Counted from the stretch's first letter, positions 29,362-39,158 are shown. The stretch is 64,000 nucleotides of DNA from Candidatus Latescibacterota bacterium (GCA_963422735.1 OY730476.1:2336001-2400000), one strand, 5' to 3'. The notes: generated by a model not told the origin, from the sequence alone. Numbers and translations are program-made.

Positions 29362-29710
29362 GTGCAGTGGGACGTTGTCGTTGAGATCCTCGAACAGGCG
29401 AGAGAAAGGATGGCGGGACATGCCCGCATGGCGCAGTTGTTCAACAGGGGGAATTTGGGTGCTGTAAAGGGCACAGAGGAGATGCTCGGACTGGTGAACT
29501 TCACGACCGATTATGAACAGTTTCGCGGAGTCGATTTCATAGTTGAGAACGCGACTGAGAAATGGGACAGAAAAAAGATGTCTATGAGCATCTCGACGCC
29601 GTCTGCCCTGAGCATGTCATATTCGCAGCAAATACTTCAGCTATACCGATTGTGCATATCGCTTCAGCGACGGCGCGGGCGGACAGAGTAGTTGGCATCC
29701 ATTTCTACGG
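29362..29710 (+). pseudogene. 3-hydroxyacyl-CoA dehydrogenase NAD-binding domain remnant
   Basis: VDFIVENATEKW / KKDVYEHLDAVCPEHVIFAANTSAIPI...RVVGIHF, split over two frames and truncated. Confidence 0.75.
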
Positions 29711-29717
29711 AGATGGG

Positions 29718-29784
29718 GTAGGGATGCCCCTCGTGGGTGCTTTGGGGATCGAAAAACCCATGCGTTGGAACCCATGTACCCTAC
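29718..29784. repeat. Degenerate REP-like doublet
   Basis: GTAGGGATGCCCCTCGTGGGTGC ... ACCCATGTACCCTAC, resembling GTAG-type REP elements. Confidence 0.4.
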
Positions 29785-29840
29785 GGACACCCGTTGGGCG
29801 GCCGGGCCGGATGCGTATCCGCCAATTCGTCTGGCTGCGC

Positions 29841-30782
29841 CTAAAGCGGCCCATAGGTGCTAAGGGCCGCGTCGTGGAAGAGTGCCCGGCGTTCATCATC
29901 CGAAAAGCCGGTACTCCATTCGAGGAACTTGGCGTAGAGATAACCGATGCCAATGCCCCGCAGTTTATCGACGGGATAGTTGCTGGCGAACATGCAGCGG
30001 CTACAGCCAAAGCACTCGATCAGTTCGTGGACGACCGCGGCGACTTTGGCCTCTTTGACCGCATCCTCGTGGAAGGCGTCCCGTGCAAACCACGCCATAG
30101 ATAGCTTCATATAGACATTGGGCAATGCGGCCAGCGCGGCCATAGCTTCGCGCCAGAGGTCCTCGTGTGCTTGGTCCTCGCCGTCGTGGAGGAAGCCGAG
30201 GTGGTTGGCGACGACGCGGAGGCCGGGGAAGTCGCGGAAAACCGCGACCGCGTCGGCCACTTGGTGGGGATTACAGGACAGATCGAAGGCGAGGTTGTGG
30301 CGCTCTAGGAGGGCTAAACCAGCGCGGAAGCGGTCGCTCTGCAAAATGCCGTCCTCCACTTGCGGCCAAGTTAGATCGGGATTGTCGGGATGGTGATTGA
30401 GAATCATGCGTACGCCGCGCAGACGGCCCCCAGCGGCCTCTAGGTGTTGTTCAATGGTGCGCTCGGCCGCGGCGATGCCGCGCTCCAGATGTACGTACGC
30501 GACGATGCCAAAGGGCTGTTCGGCCGCGGTTGGTTCGAGTTGGTCGCGCACCCAGCGGGTTTCTTCTACAGTATCGACGGGGATGCCGCCAGCGACTTGG
30601 CCGACGACGGTTTCGACGTGGACGCCGCTGACTCGCCGCAATGCAGGGGGCAGCTCGCTCATGTCTTGGGCGTAATCGGCGGCCCGGTACGCCGGCATGA
30701 CTTCACCGAGGTTGGGGTTGGGCCGCTCGGCTAGGTCCCAGAGATGGAAGTGGGGGTCGCACAGGGGAATGGGGGTCTGCAT
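29841..30782 (-). CDS. Amidohydrolase family 2 protein (sugar lactonase-like)
   Basis: DPHFHLWD, LRGVR, NHLG, NVYMKLS, MFASNYP. Confidence 0.85.
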   Translation of the reverse strand: MQTPIPLCDPHFHLWDLAERPNPNLGEVMPAYRAADYAQDMSELPPALRRVSGVHVETVVGQVAGGIPVDTVEETRWVRDQLEPTAAEQPFGIVAYVHLERGIAAAERTIEQHLEAAGGRLRGVRMILNHHPDNPDLTWPQVEDGILQSDRFRAGLALLERHNLAFDLSCNPHQVADAVAVFRDFPGLRVVANHLGFLHDGEDQAHEDLWREAMAALAALPNVYMKLSMAWFARDAFHEDAVKEAKVAAVVHELIECFGCSRCMFASNYPVDKLRGIGIGYLYAKFLEWSTGFSDDERRALFHDAALSTYGPL

Positions 30783-30807
30783 GGCGAAAGCCTTTCGCTG
30801 ATAAGGG

Positions 30808-31665
30808 TTAAGCAAACGCCGCCTTCACGGCAGCGGGCAGCGGGCAATGGGGCCCTCGGTGTTGCACTGCGCTGGCACCGGCGGCGCAAGCTAATTCTAC
30901 GGCCTGTTGCGGGTCAGTTTCGAGCAGGGTGCTGGCAGCCAGGACCCCGCTAAAGGCGTCGCCAGCTCCGACCGCATCGACGACGGGCGCGGGTGCAGGC
31001 CGTGCGGCGAACGAGGCCCCCGGAATGTGGAGTTGAGCGCCGTCGCCGCCAAAGGTAATCGCCAGGCAATCCAGCGCATAGCGGGCGAGCAAGTCGGCGG
31101 GTGCGGCGATCTCGGCGATGTCTCGCACGGCCTCCCATTCCTCGTCGTTGAGCTTGACAATGGTCGCCGCTTCGAGGCCAAAGCGCACGGTCTGCGGCGT
31201 ATAGCAGTCCTCGCGCAAATTGACGTCGAAAAATCGATGCCGGGGGTTGGCTGCCAGCAAGTGCTCCAACCCCGGACGATTGGCTGGGCTGCGCTGCGCG
31301 GCTGTGCCATAGTAAATCAAGTCGGGGGGCCGGTCCAACGCCGGCTTGCTTTCGATATAGTCCCAAGCTACACCGGCGCGGATGGTGTAGGAGGGTTGCC
31401 CGTCGTCCAGCAATACATCGACCGTGCCCGTAGGCTCCGACCGGTCGATGACCCATTGCTGATCGATGTCGGCGCGCTGAAGAAAGCCCCGCGCTTGCTG
31501 CCCTAACTCGTCGCAGCCCACGGCACTGACCATGGCCACGGAAAAGCCGAGTTGGCGCAGGTTCGAGGCGAAGTTCAGGGAGGCACCCCCCAAGCAGGTG
31601 CGGTCGGGGAAGCAGTCGTAGAGGATCTCGCCGAAAACAATGGAAGTGAGGTTCGCTTTGTCCAT
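30808..31665 (-). CDS. PfkB family carbohydrate kinase
   Basis: FGEILYD, GGASLN, FFDVNLR, KLNDEE, DAVGAGDAF. Confidence 0.9.
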   Translation of the reverse strand: MDKANLTSIVFGEILYDCFPDRTCLGGASLNFASNLRQLGFSVAMVSAVGCDELGQQARGFLQRADIDQQWVIDRSEPTGTVDVLLDDGQPSYTIRAGVAWDYIESKPALDRPPDLIYYGTAAQRSPANRPGLEHLLAANPRHRFFDVNLREDCYTPQTVRFGLEAATIVKLNDEEWEAVRDIAEIAAPADLLARYALDCLAITFGGDGAQLHIPGASFAARPAPAPVVDAVGAGDAFSGVLAASTLLETDPQQAVELACAAGASAVQHRGPHCPLPAAVKAAFA

Positions 31666-31671
31666 AGTAAA

Positions 31672-32640
31672 TTACAACGGTGGAAAGAGCACGTAGCCCA
31701 CTGCGCTGCGTTCCAACCAGATTTTGCAGAATTCCTCGAGGTCGTACGCCCGTGCGACCTCGGTGGCCGCGGCCGGATCATTGACCAGCACTGTATCCCC
31801 TGTGCAACCCCGTACGACCAGCAGATGCCCAGACGTCCGCTCAATGGCCGCTTGGCTCAACTCGCCCACCTCGTAGCGGACGGAGGCAATAACGGGAAAA
31901 CCCGCGTCGAGCAGCGTGTGCGCTGCCTCCCAAGAGGGAAAGTGCAATAGATAGCCCAAAAGGCCCCGGCGGGCGGCGGCGTGGATATTGGCCGGCCACA
32001 CGCCGTATAGCCCGCTGGGCTGGTGGCGCGCCTCTGCAATCACGTCGTAGGTGTCCGCACTATGGCCGTAGTACGCGAGGAGCATGGCAACGCTGGTCGG
32101 CGAGCAGACGTGGGAAGCCAACTCGGGCCGCAGAGCCATCTGGCTTTGCGGCGGCACAGCAAGGTCCGTATCTCGGCTGGCGCAGGTCGGAGCAGGCACT
32201 GCTCCCTTGCGGCGCACCGAGACTGAGAGCAAGGCCGGAGCCTTGGGGGCGATACCTTGGATGTGCAGGTGTAGGGTGGCCGTTTGCAACGGGGTGCGAA
32301 TGCGTAGGAGGTCAATGTCCGCTTCGACCGCTTCGTTTGCCGCGCCCGCTTCGGCCCCGACAAACGAGCCGACCGGATCGAGGGCGGCCCGGCTGCTATG
32401 TCCAGCTTGGGTTTCGCATTCCACTGCGAACTGATAGCCCCACGCGCCGTCGTGGACGACCGAGAGACATGGCAGGATTTCTAGCGCGTCTTCTAGCACT
32501 GCGGATGGCAAGCTGACCGAAAGCGCGTCGCCATGCCATGCCAACGGCTCGATCTGCTTTGGCCGGATGGGCGACGGTACGGCGCGTTGCAGCGCGGCCT
32601 CATCCATCTCTTGTGCAAACAATAGAAGTGCGTTGCTCAT
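31672..32640 (-). CDS. C39-like peptidase family protein
   Basis: VPPQSQM...VCSPTSVAMLL, GHLLVVRG, VNDPA (Cys-His-Asp). Confidence 0.75.
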   Translation of the reverse strand: MSNALLLFAQEMDEAALQRAVPSPIRPKQIEPLAWHGDALSVSLPSAVLEDALEILPCLSVVHDGAWGYQFAVECETQAGHSSRAALDPVGSFVGAEAGAANEAVEADIDLLRIRTPLQTATLHLHIQGIAPKAPALLSVSVRRKGAVPAPTCASRDTDLAVPPQSQMALRPELASHVCSPTSVAMLLAYYGHSADTYDVIAEARHQPSGLYGVWPANIHAAARRGLLGYLLHFPSWEAAHTLLDAGFPVIASVRYEVGELSQAAIERTSGHLLVVRGCTGDTVLVNDPAAATEVARAYDLEEFCKIWLERSAVGYVLFPPL

Positions 32641-32723
32641 CAGATTAAAATCTGCGGTTCGTTTGAGAAGAATATACTCAATTGCTACCTGCGTCCAGCA
32701 AGGTTTGCGGACACGTGAGTCGC

Positions 32724-33704
32724 CTATCCCCAGAGTTGAGGTTGGGGCGGATGGAGGAGGCTGCCTTCGTAGCGCAGCCCGTGTTCCCGATCTTTTTGCA
32801 AAAGCAGGGGGCCATCGAGATCGACGAAGCGGGCCTGTTGCGCTAGCAGGACAGCCGGTGCCATGGCCAGCGAGGTGGCGACCATGCAGCCGACCATCAG
32901 GTCCAATCCATGCGCACGCGTCTTGGCTGCCAAGCGCAGGGCCTCGCTGAAACCGCCAGTCTTGTCGAGCTTGAGGTTGACGCATTCATAGCGGGAGGCC
33001 AGTTCAGCGAGATCGGCGGTGGTGTGGCAAGATTCGTCGGCGCAAAAGGGGACCGAGTGTTCAAGCCCGGCGAGCAGGGCGTCTTGGGCGGCGGGTAAAG
33101 GCTGTTCAATGAGTGCGACACCCAAGCGAGCCAGTGCGGCCGAAAGCGGCTCGACTTGGGCGGGAGACCAGCTTTCGTTAGCATCGACGATCAAAGTTGA
33201 GTCTGGGGCGTTGGCGCGGATCGCGGCGATGCGGTCGAGGTCGTCGCGCCCGGCGAGTTTGATCTTGAGCAGAGGGCGGTCGGCGTGCAGGGCAGCGGCC
33301 CGGCCCATGGCCTCTGGGTCGTCGAGCGAGAGGGTGTAGGCCGTCACCACTGGTCGCGGTGCCCCTAGGCCGGCCAGCTCATAGGCCGAGCGACCGCTGA
33401 GTTTGGCTTCCAGATCCCAGAGGGCGCAGTCCAAGGCATTGCGGGCGGCACCGGGCGGCAGAGCGCGTTGCAATGCAGCTCGGTCGAGGTCGGCTTCTAC
33501 CTGTGGGCGCAGTGATTCTAACGCATCTATGGTCCCGGCCACGCTTTCGTTGTAGCGGGGATAAGGGACACATTCGCCGCGGCCAATACAGCCGTCGCGG
33601 CTCAGCTCGACGACGACGACGACGGCGGTGGTTTTGGCACCGCGCGAGATGGTGAAGGTCTGGGCGAGGGGAAAGCTCTCACCGCGAATGGAGAATCGGA
33701 TCAC
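32724..33704 (-). CDS. dgcA: N-acetyl-D-Glu racemase / dipeptide epimerase (enolase superfamily)
   Basis: FTISRG, GECVPYPRY, KIKL, VDANESW, EQPL, ADES, KLDKTGG, DLDGPLLL. Overlaps the upstream DUF1611 gene. Confidence 0.8.
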   Translation of the reverse strand: MIRFSIRGESFPLAQTFTISRGAKTTAVVVVVELSRDGCIGRGECVPYPRYNESVAGTIDALESLRPQVEADLDRAALQRALPPGAARNALDCALWDLEAKLSGRSAYELAGLGAPRPVVTAYTLSLDDPEAMGRAAALHADRPLLKIKLAGRDDLDRIAAIRANAPDSTLIVDANESWSPAQVEPLSAALARLGVALIEQPLPAAQDALLAGLEHSVPFCADESCHTTADLAELASRYECVNLKLDKTGGFSEALRLAAKTRAHGLDLMVGCMVATSLAMAPAVLLAQQARFVDLDGPLLLQKDREHGLRYEGSLLHPPQPQLWG

Positions 33705-34708
33705 AGGGCATCGACCAAGCGCGCGGCCCCTTGGCGCAGAGGATCGACTGCGGGCAGGCCGGCTCGACGTTCTATGGCTCTGAGCAGTTTGGAGGCGCGG
33801 TTTTCCAGCAGGTGCGAGGTGTTGACCGCAATGCCAACGGTGCGGCAGGCCGGGTTGGTCAGCCGGCCACACTGCTCGTTGAGGCGAATGCAGTCGAGCA
33901 GATCGGGCAGCCGGTATTCGGGTAGGCCGCGCATGTGGGGGCGGTTGGGATCGTGGCAGAGGACGAGCGCGTCGGGCTGAGCACCGTGCATGAGGCCCAG
34001 CGACACACCGGCATAGGAGGCGTGGAACAGCGAACCTTGGCCTTCGATTAGGTCCCAGTGCTCGGGGTGGTTGGTCGGGGTCAGGACCTCGACGGCCCCA
34101 GCGAGAAAGTCGGAAACCACGGCGTCAACGGCAACGCCTGTCCCGGCGATGAAGATGCCGGTTTGGCCAGTGGCGCGGAAGGTGCAGGCCATGCCTCGCG
34201 CCTGCATCTCGCGCTCAATGGCCAGCGCGGTGAACATCTTGCCGACCGAGCAGTCGGTGCCGACGGTGAGCAGGCGTTTGCCCGGGCGTTTGACGCCGGT
34301 TGCGATGGGAAAACCGCGGTTGGAAAAGCGCACATCTACGAGGTGGGTGCCCTTTTCGCGGGCGCGGTCGGCCAAGACGGGGATGGTGCTAAGGCGCGTG
34401 TGCAGGCCACTAGCAAGGTCGTAGCCGAGGTCGATGGCCTGCAAGAGGATCTCGCGCCAAAGGTCGGAGATGGTGCCGCCGCGATTGACGACGCCGATGA
34501 TGAGGGTGCGGGCACCGGCGGCGCGGGCTTGGGCGAGGGTCTGGTCAGGTAGCCCGAGGTCGGTGCCGCAGTCGGGAAGACGAAGCTGACCAATGCACCT
34601 TTCGGGCCGCCAGTGGGCAATGCCGACGGCCGTTTTGGCGGCTAGCTGGTCGGAGGCGTCGCCGAGGAATAATAGGTATGGGTGCGCGAGCTGGATCACG
34701 GCCAGCAA
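33701..34708 (-). CDS. dgcN: DUF1611 protein / D-glutamate N-acetyltransferase
   Basis: PYLLFLGDA, AAKTA.GI..WRPE, VGTDCSVGKM, ATGQTGI, IEGQGSLFH. Confidence 0.8.
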   Translation of the reverse strand: MLAVIQLAHPYLLFLGDASDQLAAKTAVGIAHWRPERCIGQLRLPDCGTDLGLPDQTLAQARAAGARTLIIGVVNRGGTISDLWREILLQAIDLGYDLASGLHTRLSTIPVLADRAREKGTHLVDVRFSNRGFPIATGVKRPGKRLLTVGTDCSVGKMFTALAIEREMQARGMACTFRATGQTGIFIAGTGVAVDAVVSDFLAGAVEVLTPTNHPEHWDLIEGQGSLFHASYAGVSLGLMHGAQPDALVLCHDPNRPHMRGLPEYRLPDLLDCIRLNEQCGRLTNPACRTVGIAVNTSHLLENRASKLLRAIERRAGLPAVDPLRQGAARLVDAL

Positions 34709-34712
34709 AGGC

Positions 34713-35576
34713 TCATGGGGCGACCGGCATACCGAGGCGGCGCCGGCGCTGTTGCCAGTGCCACTTGTCGCTGCCGGAAATGAGCGGCTTGAGGGGTTCG
34801 GGCGTTTGGGCGATGAATTCAGCGCTCGGCTCTTGGCCGTTCCAGGCTTGGAACATCGGCGGGGTATAGCCGCCGATGACGATGACGCGCTCGCGGTCGG
34901 AGCGGGTCTGGCCGGTGGCGTGGATCAGGGCCTCGCCAAAGAGCAGGGTTGATCCAGCAGGCGCGATCACTTGGTGGATCAGCGCGGGATCCTCGTACGC
35001 CGCAGCGATGATGGCCTCGCGGTCGCTTTTGACCTTGTGGCTGCCGGCGATGACCACGGTGCCGCCATCGTCCGGATCTAGCTCCGTGAGGTTGGTCAGG
35101 GTTTTGACAAAAGTGCAGTGGTAAAGGCCATTTTCGACGTACGTGCCCACGTCTGGGGTGGTGCCGGTGTGGAAGCCGTAGCGCGGTGCCGCCGCGAGGT
35201 CAATCTCTGGGTCTCGCTCGTTGATGACGGCCTCGGATTCTTCGAGGCGCACACTGCCGCCGACCAGTTCCTCGGCCATGCCGATTAAGCGCGGATGAGT
35301 CAGGTATTCGAAGATCGCGGAGTCGGCTTCGAGGATGTGGGCAAAGTGCAGGTAGTGAGGCCGATAGGCGGAGAGACGGCAGTTGCGGACGCGGGCCTTA
35401 GCTGGGTCCGCGGCGGACAGAAGATCGCGTTTGAGCCGGAGCATGGCCTCTAGCAAGCGACCCGTCAGGTCTTGATCAAGCGCGTTTTCAATCACTACAT
35501 AGCCGTAGACTTCGAGGTGATAGCGCTGGGCAGGGGTGAGCGCGGGAAAGGGCCGGATGAATTCGCCGTCAGACAT
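34713..35576 (-). CDS. PhyH-family Fe/2OG enzyme with HxG motif
   Basis: GYVVIENAL, FHTG, GGTVVIAGSHK, AGSTLLFGEALIHA...R. Confidence 0.8.
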   Translation of the reverse strand: MSDGEFIRPFPALTPAQRYHLEVYGYVVIENALDQDLTGRLLEAMLRLKRDLLSAADPAKARVRNCRLSAYRPHYLHFAHILEADSAIFEYLTHPRLIGMAEELVGGSVRLEESEAVINERDPEIDLAAAPRYGFHTGTTPDVGTYVENGLYHCTFVKTLTNLTELDPDDGGTVVIAGSHKVKSDREAIIAAAYEDPALIHQVIAPAGSTLLFGEALIHATGQTRSDRERVIVIGGYTPPMFQAWNGQEPSAEFIAQTPEPLKPLISGSDKWHWQQRRRRLGMPVAP

Positions 35577-35659
35577 GCGCGGAAATATAAACGCGGGAAA
35601 TAGGGAATGCCAACGGTAAGTAAACGCGCTCACAGGCCGTCTAGGTATGAGATGCTGTC

Positions 35660-35834
35660 GCGCCTGCTTCATCCTGCCTTTAGACAGAACAGGCGCGGTG
35701 AAGCGTACGGCGGCCAGCGTTGGGCGAAGCCCCCCCTCTTCTCCAGCCGGGTGCGCCCCGTTTGCCGCCGCCTCAAGTCGGCGTATAGGTGCTCGCGCTC
35801 GGGGCGTCCCCGGAATGTTCAGACCGCTTATAAG
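35660..35834. repeat. Structured intergenic repeat (copy 3)
   Basis: CCGGGTGCGCCCCG...CGGGGCGTCCCCGG stem with inner CGCC-TCAAGTC-GGCG hairpin. Upstream TCCTGCC-TTTA-GACAGAA hairpin and AGGCGCGGTGAAGC. Confidence 0.75.
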
Positions 35835-36086
35835 TACGAATTGCGTCGGAAAAAGCGATTCGCATCGCAGCAGATCGCAGTCGGCATCTAGTCGCGTCTG
35901 ATTGAAAATTTGGCTTTGCAATAAAGTACACTTTTTCGCACTTTTAGATGTACATACAATTGAATGCCTTTTTCAAGCCTCTCAGATGCAGAGTATTATC
36001 AATAACTTACTCATTATCATTTTCCACTCTCTTGCGAATTCACGGAGAAATCCTACAACTATGGTTCGTCCAGATCATCGCTTAGA

Positions 36087-36114
36087 GTACTTAATTTAGT
36101 ACCATATTCGGTAC
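36087..36114. promoter_or_regulatory. Putative antitoxin operator: three GTAC cores at 12-bp spacing
   Basis: GTAC at 36087, 36099 and 36111, directly upstream of the Phd/YefM gene. Confidence 0.6.
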
Positions 36115-36126
36115 AAGAAAGGAAAT

Positions 36127-36384
36127 ATGCTCCAATTCATGCCCATTGCCGAAACCCGCAAAATCCTGAATCAATTGCCCGATCGCTTCGCCGCCGAACC
36201 CGAAGCGAGTACTCTCGCCATAACGCGCCGCGGCCAGCCGGTGCTCGCGCTGATGCCGTGGTCGCTTTACCAAGGAATTGTCGAAACTTTAGAGGTGCTC
36301 GGCGACGAGGCCCAGTGCGCCGCGCTGCGCGAAGGCATCCGCCAGCTTGAGGCGGGCGAGCGCACCGTTTGGGAGGCGCAATGA
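36127..36384 (+). CDS. Phd/YefM family antitoxin
   Basis: MPIAETRKILNQL...ITRRGQPVLALM...ETLEVL. ATGA coupling to the toxin gene. Confidence 0.85.
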   Translation: MLQFMPIAETRKILNQLPDRFAAEPEASTLAITRRGQPVLALMPWSLYQGIVETLEVLGDEAQCAALREGIRQLEAGERTVWEAQ

Positions 36385-36698
36385 CGTTGCGCGTCGTCTT
36401 GGCTCAGCGCACCTTAGAGTCGCTGCAAGGCGTGCTCAACCAGCGGATCGCCGAGCAAGTGGACCAATACATCACAGGGCTGGCAATTGACCCCGAGGAA
36501 CAGGGCTGGCCCTTGGTCGGCGAGTTAAAGGACTATCGCTGCCTGCGTCCGCCGGGTGGCTGGTTCCGCATCGTCTATCGGGTGGGGCTTGGGCAGGTTG
36601 AGGTGGTACTGGTGTCGGTGGGACAGGCCCATTCGGCAGGTGAGCGGGACGTGCGCGCTCTAGCGCGTACGCTGTTTAGCGAGCGGCTGCTGCGCTAA
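36381..36698 (+). CDS. RelE/ParE family toxin
   Basis: L..DPE.QG.PLVGELKDYRCLR...FRIVYRV. Confidence 0.8.
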   Translation: MTLRVVLAQRTLESLQGVLNQRIAEQVDQYITGLAIDPEEQGWPLVGELKDYRCLRPPGGWFRIVYRVGLGQVEVVLVSVGQAHSAGERDVRALARTLFSERLLR

Positions 36699-37040
36699 GC
36701 GAAGGCCTCCCTCGCCCCGATATAGACGAAGCCCTGTTCTACTTTTACTGGATATATCTTGATGCTGTACTCCTCGCCCCCGAGGTTGTGCCCGTCGCTC
36801 AGCGAGAACGTCTTCTTGTGTTGGGGGCAGGCGACTTTGGGCGTACCTTCTTGATCGCCGATGTAAGCCGCGGGCGAGGACCATGTCGCGCTTGTGGGGG
36901 CACATGTTCTGGCAGGCGTACCAGTCGCGGTGCGAGACTGCGGCCTGCTCGTTTCCCCGCTTGACGCAAGCCCCAGAGTTGCTGGGAAAGTCCTCGACTC
37001 GGGCGACTCGCACCCACTGCTCTGTCATTACTTCGCTCAT
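36695..37040 (-). pseudogene. nirD: Nitrite reductase small (Rieske) subunit, frameshifted
   Basis: WYACQNMCPHKRDMVLARGL, then a frameshift into GDQEGTPKVACPQHKKTFSL...YPVKVEQGFVYI. Confidence 0.8.
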
Positions 37041-37165
37041 ACCAATCCTCCCAGTTGGTGGGCCGCTTTTGCTGCCGCTCGTGTGTCCACTGCAAATTGT
37101 CGTCCACGTCGTCGCTGTTGTGGATGCTCCGGGTCTTCGACGTTGTGCTGACGCTGGAAGTGCGC
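37040..37165 (-). pseudogene. nirB: Nitrite reductase large subunit, C-terminal remnant
   Basis: HNSDDVDDNLQWTHERQQKRP resembles the NirB C-terminus and abuts nirD. Confidence 0.5.
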
Positions 37166-37703
37166 AACGGCGACCTTCTCATACTTGACATCACCCTGAT
37201 TGGCTTCTTCTGTTCTGTGTATTGTCCGGGCGACGCAATCCTCAAGACCTACGATCTTGCGCGGATGCTGCGCGAAACTGACGTGACGATTGTCGGCGAT
37301 TTCCAGGCACCGATGGAAAAGGAGTGCCTGGACCTGCTGTTGCGCGGCTCGGTACCCATGGTGGTCTGTCCGGCGCGGGGCTTGGCCGGATGCGAATTCC
37401 GAAAAGCTGGAAGGGACCGCTGGCTGAACGGCACTTGTGATTCTGTCCTTTTTCGACGACGGCATTCGCCGGCCCACAGCCGATCTTGCGGTCAAGCGCA
37501 ATCCCTATGTCGCCGCGCTCGCCGACCGCCTCCTCATTGCCCGTGCCGAAAAGGGCGACAAAACCGAGGCATTGTGCAAGGAAGCACTCGCCGCTGGAAA
37601 GTCGGTATTTGCCATAGACTCCCCAGATAACGTGCATCTAGTGGAACTCGGCGTTGTGCCGGTCCAGGTTGAGGACTTTACACCTTTGGTCACGAGGAAG
37701 TGA
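37160..37703 (+). pseudogene. DprA/SMF-like Rossmann-fold protein, frameshifted
   Basis: GFFCSVYCPGDAILKTYD...PMEKECLDLLLRG...CPARGL / ILSFF...RRPTADLAVKRNPYVAALAD. Confidence 0.7.
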
Positions 37704-37760
37704 ATTCAGTGCTTGGCGCAGTTCCCACCTTAACATTATAGCATTTAGGAAGAATCAATC

Positions 37761-38692
37761 TTGCCGATATTTGACATATTCTCGAAACGCCAGAGGAGAC
37801 TTCGAGGGGAGATGCCTGACGTCTACGTTTATGACGACCTGCCCAATCCTCTCAGAGTACAGATTGTTCACATCTGGCAGGATACTCTTCGCACTCGCTA
37901 TGCTGGCTATGATGAACATTATGAATTCATAGTCAAGACTCTATGTCGTGAATATGGTGTTTTTGCTTTGTCTGAGACTGATAGCTATAGTAGAGATTAT
38001 GAAAAAGAATTTTTCCATTTTTTCCTTCAAGCAGACGATGTTGAAAACGCTCTTGATGCAGTAGAGTTGTCATTTCAGGTTATAGACCACTATTCAAGCA
38101 ACTGTGATGACGTAATAGAAGAATTAAATAATAAGGAGCATGGCGTCGGCTATCAATTCACAAACAGGCAGATTATCCGCATCGACTCTGAGTTCGCTCA
38201 CGATGAAATTGTTAAGCCTGCGCTCAGATTGCTCGACCAACAGCACTATGCTGGAGTGCAATAGGAATTCTTAAACGCTCACGAACACTATTGAAAGGAG
38301 AACGCTAAAGAAGCTCTCAGCGAGTGCTTAAAACGTTCGAGAGCGTAATGAAATCGATTTGTGATAAGAGAGGCTGGAGTTACAGTAATGATGCGACGGC
38401 AAAGCCCTTGATCTAGGCCTGTTTTGATAGCGGACTGACTCCATCGTTTTAGCAATCGCACTATTCGGCACTGAGAAGTCTTTTGGAGAGTAGCGTCCCA
38501 ACCAGACGCAACAAATTGAGCGGTCACGGTCAAGGTACATCTCCGAAATCCGTGCCAAATTACCTTGTCGCGTACATGTTGCACATGACGGCATCGGCTA
38601 TTGTGTTCTTGGCGGAAGCTGATAAAAATGCTTCGCAATGCCAAGAGTTTATTGATCGGTCGTATCTCTGTGATCCTGAAAAATCTGAGTAG
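37761..38692 (+). pseudogene. STM4504/CBY_0614-like abortive-infection protein, multiple stops and frameshifts
   Basis: IFSKRQ..LRGEMPDVYVYDDLP..LRVQIVHIW, EHGVGYQF, C-terminal RNKLSGHGQG...AYMLHMTASAIVFL. AT-rich. Confidence 0.7.
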
Positions 38693-38744
38693 TAATAAAT
38701 AGTGACATGCCATCCGAATCGGGAAAGCTGGAATGTACCAAGTA

Positions 38745-38960
38745 CGCGGTTCATGCGATGGCCGAACCTCCCCATGGAGTGGATCGGACTGGTGGTAGCC
38801 GAACCGGCGTTGCCCGACCCAAACTACCCCGAGGTAGAGATTTTTTTATTCTATCCCAGAACGAGATAACCTAATACTGCGCGTCGCTGTCAACATCCGC
38901 GTTGCACCTTGGCGGGTGGTAAGCGTATTTTTTGACCGAAACATGAAAGGCAAATTATGA
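38745..38960 (+). pseudogene. DUF4258-like toxin remnant
   Basis: MEWIGLVVAEP...ERDNLILRVAVN....WRVVSVFFDRNMKGKL*, ATGA-coupled to DUF2283. Confidence 0.55.
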
Positions 38961-39158
38961 AACTACATGTCGATAAAAATGCCGACGCGCTCTACCTGCG
39001 CCTCGATGATTCGGTCATCGTCGAGTCCGCAGAGGTCTCGCCGGGAGTAGTGCTCGATTACAACGAATCGAACGAACGTAGTGGGAGTGGAAATGCTCTA
39101 TCTGTCGAAACGCTCGTCCAATCTGAATCTCTCCACCTTGGAATTCGAGACCGCTTAG
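38957..39158 (+). pseudogene. DUF2283 protein, frameshifted
   Basis: VDKNADALYLRL..S.IVES.EVSPGVVLDYNE, then shifts into VVGVEMLYLSKR. Confidence 0.7.
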
